Shown here in pieces: positions 7,330-12,844 of a stretch of DNA of 12,844 nt. Where the stretch lies: contig JBDRJK010000007.1 of assembly GCA_043814985.1 (NCBI GenBank), positions 1-12,844 on the forward strand, given 5' to 3'. The first letter of the stretch is position 1. Every line of letters starts with the position of its first letter. A model generated the notes under the pieces. It did not search any database, had not been told where the DNA came from, and was given only the letters and a program-made list of their open reading frames with translations. A program made the translations under genes and the position numbers. The DNA comes from Candidatus Aenigmatarchaeota archaeon (GTDB lineage: Archaea; Aenigmatarchaeota; Aenigmatarchaeia; Aenigmatarchaeales; Aenigmatarchaeaceae).

Positions 7330-7419
7330 CTAACCAAACCTTCTTTTAACCAAGTCTTCCTCTAACCAATCCTTATGCTTCTTCAAAGACTGCTCCCTTA
7401 CCACAAAACAATTAACCAA
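7330..7419 (-). CDS. 29-aa microprotein, copy B, MVNCFVVREQSLKKHKDWLEEDLVKRRFG (not in ORF track)
   Basis: GGTGA SD 5 nt before TTG, with an alternative in-frame ATG at 7425. Paralog of 5575-5664 with the same length and TAG stop. Confidence 0.8.
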   Translation of the reverse strand: MVNCFVVREQSLKKHKDWLEEDLVKRRFG

Positions 7420-7589
7420 ACTCATCACCTACCATTTTTTTATACAAAACATTTCAAGCTTCAGAACAAGCCTAAAAATATTTGTCGAGTATATTATTAT
7501 TGGGTGTCTAGGCATATATAGTACTCTTTTTTGAGAGTTATTTGTTTGGTATACAAGAGAATTAAACACAATTTCAAAAAGAAATTTTA

Positions 7590-8078
7590 TTAAATGCCCA
7601 TTCTGAAAGGATTGCTCTTCTTTCTAGTGACCCTTCTGCCCCCTTCCTTCCAATTAAGCTGTCCGTATTTGAGTCTGTTGAAGATTCTTTCAAAGTTGTT
7701 CTTTGGATAGTATATGTATAATGCCTTCAGGCACATCATTCCCCTGTCAGTAAGAAGGAAAAACTTCTCTCTAGTCAGTTTCATCGATGCTATTATGTCC
7801 ACTTTCTCAAGTTCTTTGAGGTGGTACATTGTTTTTGCGACAGAATTGTTTGTTTCCTTGGCTATCAGAGTCAGATATTTCTTCTCCTTTCTAAGATTCC
7901 TTATTATGTCTCTTTTAATCTCGTCCTTTAGGACATTATTAATCTGGAGCGGCGCTTCTTTAATGTCCACATATTTTTTAGAGAAGTGCTTTCGCCTGAA
8001 CAGATAAGACATGACTGACATGAATGCCACGCCTCCTACCCCTGCTGCTACCAGCATCGTTATTGTGTCGTACACCAT
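7590..8078 (-). CDS. Membrane-anchored winged-helix (ArsR-like) regulator
   Basis: N-terminal TM segment, then IIRNL...LTLIAKET...MYHLKELEKVDII...FLLTDRG. ATG 8078 lies 29 nt after TATA at 8107, preferred over TTG 8090. Confidence 0.85.
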   Translation of the reverse strand: MVYDTITMLVAAGVGGVAFMSVMSYLFRRKHFSKKYVDIKEAPLQINNVLKDEIKRDIIRNLRKEKKYLTLIAKETNNSVAKTMYHLKELEKVDIIASMKLTREKFFLLTDRGMMCLKALYIYYPKNNFERIFNRLKYGQLNWKEGGRRVTRKKSNPFRMGI

Positions 8079-8100
8079 ATAGAAGTTCAAGTTCCTAACT

Positions 8101-8173
8101 TATTTAAACTTTATTAAAAGTTTATAAAACTTTATAAAGTTTCATAAAACTTCATGGACTTCTATCAAGCTTT
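8101..8173. repeat. About 7 degenerate 10-bp tandem units (TTTATAAAAC-like) with internal dyads; candidate operator array
   Basis: tatttaaact ttattaaaag tttataaaac tttataaagt ttcataaaac ttcatggact tctatcaagc. Includes the palindrome AAACTTTATAAAGTTT. Confidence 0.7.
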
Positions 8174-8534
8174 GTTTGTTCATCTGAATGGAGCCTTTAT
8201 AAGTGGTTTTTCAGGCAGTAGATTTGTATGGGCATTCAGTCCAATGAAATATTTTTTTTAATTGAGGATAAAAAGGAGGTGGATGTTATGGATGAAGATC
8301 CAGAATAGAGTGAAAACACAGAATAACACAAACAACAAACCGGGCTAGAGGCTCGTTTCATATCCGGGCCTGTGAAAGCACTACTTCTGTTTTTTAAATA
8401 TCAACATCCAACAGCCATTATAGGCATTGATAAAATTAAAGGCAATTTAAAATGACAAGAGATATTATTAAGGAAATAGCAAAGTGTAAGTATAGGTGGT
8501 CAGCCCTCGTGGCAGATCCGAAAGAGTGACCTAA

Positions 8535-8759
8535 ATGCAAAACCAGGAACTTGAGACAACAGAAATGAGTGAAACATTAGAAAGACTGATATATTTGAGA
8601 AAAACATGCTTTAATCTTTTTTTACAGAATTATAATTGTGTACAGAATTACAACGACTATGTTCATTACACATCAGAAATCGAGAGATACTGCAATGAAA
8701 AAGGAATTCCTAACACTTATTGTACTGACCTTACAAAGAGATTGAAGGTGAAAAAATGA
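8535..8759 (+). CDS. Hypothetical protein, 74 aa
   Basis: Only reasonable ORF here. Four Cys, no recognisable family. Confidence 0.55.
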   Translation: MQNQELETTEMSETLERLIYLRKTCFNLFLQNYNCVQNYNDYVHYTSEIERYCNEKGIPNTYCTDLTKRLKVKK

Positions 8760-8994
8760 ACGACAAAAAGATATTCCCAAATAAAAAAGACGTGTAAAGA
8801 ATATACGAATGTTGAAAGCATATCATAATAGCAACATACTCTGTTGGATTTTTGTTTGCTTTCAAAACATTTATGTTCCCGCAGCAGCATCTGTCATAAA
8901 TCTTTATTCCTCCCATTGCTACTGAAGGAAACCCGGTGCCCCCTATTTCTCCAACGGCGTGCGAACAGTTCCGCCACGTCCTTGTCTCGCCCAT
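8731..8994 (-). other. TATA-driven transcript: doubtful 87-aa ORF or structured RNA
   Basis: ATG lies 29 nt after TTAAAT at 9023. The 5' half is GC-rich with hairpins, and the 3' end overlaps the convergent ORF by 29 nt. Confidence 0.35.
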
Positions 8995-9051
8995 GATTGA
9001 TTAAGAAACACAAAAAAATTTAAGCTTTCTGTATGAAAAATGAGCATATTA

Positions 9052-9315
9052 TCAGGCGTACATGTTGGGGTCATCATCAACCTCTTCATCAACCAAGAAC
9101 CTCCTGTTCCTGTAAATGCCCTCGTATTTGCTGCTGTTTACAAACAAAGAGGGGTTCATGTAGGAGCGTGGCAGATAGCTTTCTTCCCCTTGTGTGCTAC
9201 CACAGTACATGCCGCCAGATAGGTGCCCTGTCCCTTGTGTGCTGTTATTCTCCTTTTCATCAATGTTCCCTGCAGCCTCCCCCCGTCCGCTTATGTCGAA
9301 CATGCTGCGGAGCAT
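9052..9315 (-). CDS. Hypothetical, probably disordered protein, 87 aa (MLRSMFDISG...DDDPNMYA)
   Basis: GGGGTGA SD just upstream of ATG 9315, preferred over the track's GTG 9513. Confidence 0.6.
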   Translation of the reverse strand: MLRSMFDISGRGEAAGNIDEKENNSTQGTGHLSGGMYCGSTQGEESYLPRSYMNPSLFVNSSKYEGIYRNRRFLVDEEVDDDPNMYA

Positions 9316-9603
9316 AATATCACCCCTGTCTGGAATGCCAAGAAAAACATTCTTTTTATTTGAGAGCAATGCAGCGTTGCAACCTATCCGACCAGTTGCA
9401 TTAGTTTGTGGAAGAAGTGTTGCTATTTTTTTCTTCACATTTCTTTGGGGTAGCCTTTTACCAGTCCCACCCGCCAAATAATTCGTTTTTCCCTTTAACA
9501 TAAAGGACTGCACGCCCTCCCTAGAGGTATAAGAGAAATTGATAGCATATATTATTTAAAGCAATCACTTCAAGCTTAAATTCTAATAATGACTTTTATT
9601 TGT

Positions 9604-10203
9604 ATGTACGTGGTCTGTCTTGACTTTGAGAGCATACTGGTGCCTGAGATATGGATAAGCGTTGCCGAGAAGAAGAACGTTCCTGAGCTTAGCCTGACAA
9701 CTAGAGACATCCCCGATTATGACGCGCTTATGAAGAAGAGACTGGAAATCCTAAAGGAACACGACATTAGTTTGGATGAAATACAGGAAGTAATCGGAAA
9801 CATGGAACCATTAGAGGGAGCAGTTGAATTCCTTAATTGGTTAAGGCAGCGATGCCAGGTAATAATTCTATCGGGTAGTTTCTACGAGTTCGTCGCTCCT
9901 CTGATGAAGAAGATGGGCAACCCCACAATATTCTGCAACTGGTTGGTTGTTGACAATAACAGTTCTATCAATAACTATGTGATGAGGCAGAGCAGCGGCA
10001 AGATGGAAGCTGTCAAATCCTTGAAATCCTTAGGATTCAAGGTGATTGCAGTGGGAGACTCTTACAACGATGCTGACATGCTTGAGGCAGCTGATGTTGG
10101 CATCCTCTTCAATGCTTCTGATAACATGAAAGAAGAATTCCCACAATTTTCTAGTGCAGATGATTATCAGGAACTGAAAGCTGTTATAAAAAAATACATA
10201 TGA
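9604..10203 (+). CDS. thrH: Phosphoserine phosphatase / homoserine phosphotransferase ThrH (HAD family)
   Basis: CLDFESILVPEIW, TTRDIPDYDALM, ILSG.FYEF and GDSYND motifs. ATG 9604 is 28 nt after TTAAAT at 9576. Confidence 0.9.
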   Translation: MYVVCLDFESILVPEIWISVAEKKNVPELSLTTRDIPDYDALMKKRLEILKEHDISLDEIQEVIGNMEPLEGAVEFLNWLRQRCQVIILSGSFYEFVAPLMKKMGNPTIFCNWLVVDNNSSINNYVMRQSSGKMEAVKSLKSLGFKVIAVGDSYNDADMLEAADVGILFNASDNMKEEFPQFSSADDYQELKAVIKKYI

Positions 10204-10428
10204 TTACATCAGGTCTTCCCTTTTCAGCCTGTCATAGTTCTTTCTCGAGTGAACATTGTCAACCAAGGCTATGCCGCACTCAGGACAGGCCGGTTTCTTG
10301 AATATCATACCTATCTTCTTGGAGCAGTCAAAACAGAATATCTTTAGACATCTAGTGCACTGGTGTCCCGAGGGCTTGAACAGAGTGCCAACTTCCTTTT
10401 CGCATAAAGAGCAGAATCCCTTTGCCAT
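10204..10428 (-). CDS. Small zinc-finger protein with four CxxC motifs (RING/FYVE-like), 74 aa
   Basis: CSLC, CTRC, CFDC, CPEC. TATA at 10456 is 28 nt upstream. Confidence 0.85.
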   Translation of the reverse strand: MAKGFCSLCEKEVGTLFKPSGHQCTRCLKIFCFDCSKKIGMIFKKPACPECGIALVDNVHSRKNYDRLKREDLM

Positions 10429-10437
10429 AGGAATAAA

Positions 10438-10456
10438 TAGAGATATTAGGATTTAA
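10438..10456. repeat. Degenerate junction motif copy TAGAGATATTAGGATTTAA
   Basis: Provides the stop of ORF 10453-10809 and the TATA of ORF 10204-10428. Confidence 0.6.
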
Positions 10457-10809
10457 GAATTTTGGTCCTTTCCAAGATGTTTTTTCAGACTCTTCACACT
10501 CTTTGTATCAAGCGGTTTGTAGTGATAAGAATCCACCACATCCATTGCCCTCGGGTATGGTGGGTGTTCAGGTGATACCTCTATCATAGGTGGTGGAACA
10601 AATACCAGACTATCACAATCTTCTAGAGGACATGACAAATCTGTTCCACTGGTCAACATTCCAGCCAGTTTTTTCATGGTCATACATTTTTTACTGAAGT
10701 AAAAAGAATTTTCACCATCATTGATGTGATAAAAAATCTTCTCTTCAGTTTCACAATATGGTTTAGACCATTCAACATCCACCAAGCATACGAGTACATC
10801 CTTAGGCAT
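10453..10809 (-). CDS. Hypothetical protein, 118 aa
   Basis: TATA at 10838 is 29 nt upstream. Stop lies in the motif. Confidence 0.75.
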   Translation of the reverse strand: MPKDVLVCLVDVEWSKPYCETEEKIFYHINDGENSFYFSKKCMTMKKLAGMLTSGTDLSCPLEDCDSLVFVPPPMIEVSPEHPPYPRAMDVVDSYHYKPLDTKSVKSLKKHLGKDQNS

Positions 10810-10834
10810 AACAAAACTAAGGTCAGAAAATAAT

Positions 10835-11014
10835 TTAAGGCTTAACTTTACAAAACTGAACTATAACATCACAAGAACAATTATACATGATTGATTTGCC
10901 GTTTGGGCAATAACTCAGACCAACACAAGCACCATCGATATGGAATGCAGGGCAGTATGACTGTTTCATTGCCTCTTCAAGGCTGCTGTATTCGCTTTTC
11001 ATCACACTTTCCAT
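10835..11014 (-). CDS. 6-Cys microprotein, 59 aa (not in ORF track)
   Basis: MESVMKSEYSSLEEAMKQSYCPAFHIDGACVGLSYCPNGKSIMYNCSCDVIVQFCKVKP. Starts 2 nt after the upstream stop, and its TAA is the next gene's TATA. Confidence 0.65.
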   Translation of the reverse strand: MESVMKSEYSSLEEAMKQSYCPAFHIDGACVGLSYCPNGKSIMYNCSCDVIVQFCKVKP

Positions 11015-11016
11015 TT

Positions 11017-11253
11017 TTATTCTTCCCAGTCCACTTCATTTGTTGGTTTGGCAACCTTCATCTCAACCCTTTTCAGATATGAGAGGACAGAAAAGCCGAA
11101 CATGAGGAATGCTACTCCAATAAAGCCCATTATGAACAGGTCCCATTCGCTCAAGTCTGGGGCCTTGCCTGATGCCTCAACAATAGAGCCCATTATGAAA
11201 CCTAGAAAGAAGAAACCAGCTGTTATGGCAGTGTAAACTCCCAGGTATTTCAT
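11017..11253 (-). CDS. Small 2-TM membrane protein, 78 aa
   Basis: Two hydrophobic helices. TATA at 11282 is 29 nt upstream. Confidence 0.8.
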   Translation of the reverse strand: MKYLGVYTAITAGFFFLGFIMGSIVEASGKAPDLSEWDLFIMGFIGVAFLMFGFSVLSYLKRVEMKVAKPTNEVDWEE

Positions 11254-11263
11254 ACTAAAGAAT

Positions 11264-11297
11264 TGGAAAAACCAGCATTTAAATCAGGCTTAAATAA
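11264..11297. promoter_or_regulatory. Junction motif copy TGGAAAAACCAGCATTTAA plus divergent TATA
   Basis: TTTAAA-TCAGGC-TTAAATAA places two TATA boxes 6 nt apart, 29 and 28 nt from divergent ATGs. Confidence 0.7.
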
Positions 11298-11317
11298 TTT
11301 TTCAGAACACTTTTATT

Positions 11318-11587
11318 ATGTCTGATCGCAAAAGATTACCTGATACAAGATTACCAATCATATTAAGTATTGTTGGAAAAGAAGGCAAAATAATCTATGA
11401 AAATTTAGTTCGAAAACTGGAGCACAGGTCATTTGAGAGAATAAGTTATGAAAGAAAGAGAATTTATCTTTCCAGGATAATAGACGATATAATGGAAAAA
11501 AGGAAACTAATTAGATTTACAAATCATGACCCACCAATGATTGAACTGACAGAAGAAGGAAGAAGGCAAATTGATTATCCGTTCTAA
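11318..11587 (+). CDS. Small winged-helix-like protein, 89 aa
   Basis: C-terminal LI...IELTEEGR wing motif. TATA 28 nt upstream. Confidence 0.7.
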   Translation: MSDRKRLPDTRLPIILSIVGKEGKIIYENLVRKLEHRSFERISYERKRIYLSRIIDDIMEKRKLIRFTNHDPPMIELTEEGRRQIDYPF

Positions 11588-12744
11588 TTTTTAATGTCTT
11601 CTCTAAGCATCAGCAGCAGTCCGATGAATATTATTGCAGCTGAAATCAGGCCTAGGAATCCTGGGAAGAAATAGCTTATGACAAACCCTCCCAATAGAGG
11701 ACCGATTATCTGGGAAATGCTCATGAGTGAGTTGGTGACTCCCATCAGGGCGCCCTGCTTCTTTGAGGAAACTATCCTTGATATGCTGCCTTGAAGAACT
11801 GGTCTTGAGACGCCTGAACCGAAAGCGAACAAAGACAATATTCCTATTAATGAAATCCACTCATTTGCGAAAGCAGACCAAAGCATTCCTATCATTATTG
11901 AAATCATCCCAGCATATTTCAGATTTTTCTCCCCGAACCTGTTTATCATCTTAGGAAGAAAACTCATTATTATGATACTGAGAAAGCCTATGTAGGTTAG
12001 CGAGTAGCCTATGTCAGTTGAGTCAAGGCCCATCTGCTTCTGAGAGAACAATGCGAATGTGCTGACCCATACAGCGAATGATAGGGCATAGGTGAAGAAC
12101 TCCCATAGCCTTGGGGACAGCTTCTTGTTGGAGAAGAACTTCCTAAAGTCGTTGAAGTGGAATATTTTTATGCTGAACTTTATCTTCTCCTTTCTCTTGA
12201 CTGTTTCCGGGAGGAAGAAGAATATTATTAAAAGTGTTGCGAATGATACCGCCGCCGCAAGCATGGAAGGCAACTGGTAATTGAATTGGGAAAGGAAGCC
12301 GCCAATTCCAGGACCAACAAGGAAGCCCAGACCGAATGCTATGCCGCTTATGCTAAAGGCTTTTGACCTGTCCTTTTTTGTTGATATGTCCGACAAATAT
12401 GCTTGGGATATGGTAAAGTTGCTTCCGAAAAGACCGTCAATTATCCTTGATAGGAAAATCATCCATAAGGAATTGGCAAAACCCAGAACAACGAATCCAA
12501 TGAATGTGGCAAACTGTGATATTAACAACAAAGGCTTCCTACCGTACTGGTCGCTGAGCCTCCCCATTATGGGAGCAGAGAGGAACTGGAAAAATGAGAA
12601 CGTTGTCAATAATAATCCAATAACTAACGGGCTTGCACCGAACTCCTGCGCATAGAAGGGAAGGAACGGCAATATCAGCGAGAATCCCATGGTCTCGGTG
12701 ATCAAGACTATCATTATTGTAATGTGTTCTTTGCCAAATTTCAT
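11584..12744 (-). CDS. MFS transporter, DHA1/TetA-like drug:H+ antiporter family
   Basis: About 12 TM segments, with ILPFLP, motif A GRLSDQYGRKP and motif C GFLVGPGIGG. Confidence 0.93.
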   Translation of the reverse strand: MKFGKEHITIMIVLITETMGFSLILPFLPFYAQEFGASPLVIGLLLTTFSFFQFLSAPIMGRLSDQYGRKPLLLISQFATFIGFVVLGFANSLWMIFLSRIIDGLFGSNFTISQAYLSDISTKKDRSKAFSISGIAFGLGFLVGPGIGGFLSQFNYQLPSMLAAAVSFATLLIIFFFLPETVKRKEKIKFSIKIFHFNDFRKFFSNKKLSPRLWEFFTYALSFAVWVSTFALFSQKQMGLDSTDIGYSLTYIGFLSIIIMSFLPKMINRFGEKNLKYAGMISIMIGMLWSAFANEWISLIGILSLFAFGSGVSRPVLQGSISRIVSSKKQGALMGVTNSLMSISQIIGPLLGGFVISYFFPGFLGLISAAIIFIGLLLMLREDIKN

Positions 12745-12844
12745 TAAAATAAGAGGAACTCCGGAGCTTTTATTTCTAATTCAAAATCAAGATATAATAA
12801 TTCAGAGCAGTGGCAACAGTGACCCACAATATGTACGGTATTAG

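Noticed and set aside
7331..7420. TAACCAA repeats at 16-nt spacing downstream of cas4 as a mini-CRISPR
   Set aside because: Only 7 bp long, and they lie within the coding sequence of microprotein copy B.
6745..8007. ORFs 6745-7035(-) and 7714-8007(+)
   Set aside because: Antisense shadows of cas4 and the wHTH regulator.
9033..9481. Three + strand ORFs (94, 60 and 95 aa)
   Set aside because: They overlap each other and the SD-supported minus ORF, and none resembles a family I recognise.
10256..12655. Remaining short overlapping ORFs (10256, 10891, 11048, 11603, 11763, 12092, 12281)
   Set aside because: Antisense or out-of-frame within better-supported genes.
12753..12770. GAGGAACTCCGG as an RNase P RNA P4 strand
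   Set aside because: Imperfect match lying in the MFS promoter spacer, with no surrounding GC-rich structure.
12831..12844. Possible gene start ATG TAC GGT ATT at the window edge
   Set aside because: Too little sequence to support a call.

Overview
AT-rich archaeal chromosomal window. Evidence for archaeal origin is an Rpo6/RpoK gene, TATA boxes 27-31 nt before mostly leaderless starts, and GGTGA Shine-Dalgarno sites; a DPANN-type host is inference only. Recognisable genes are DUF192, an RbgA/YlqF-type cpGTPase, rpoK, a solo Cas4-like nuclease, thrH, a DHA1/TetA-type MFS transporter and three winged-helix proteins. They are interspersed with many short orphan genes, mostly on the minus strand. 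No CRISPR array, tRNA, rRNA, transposase or integrase was seen. Highlights: (1) a ~19-bp motif, TAGAAAAAYYARGATTTAA on +, recurs at least 9 times exactly at orphan-gene junctions and often supplies both the upstream stop codon and the next TATA box, giving a cassette-like layout that includes a 10-codon gene stump; (2) two paralogous 29-aa microproteins missing from the ORF track (20/29 identical) bracket the Cas4-like locus; (3) further microproteins, including a TFIIB-type Zn ribbon and a 6-Cys protein; (4) a 10-bp tandem array and several candidate structured RNAs at 5467-5560 and 8100-9560.
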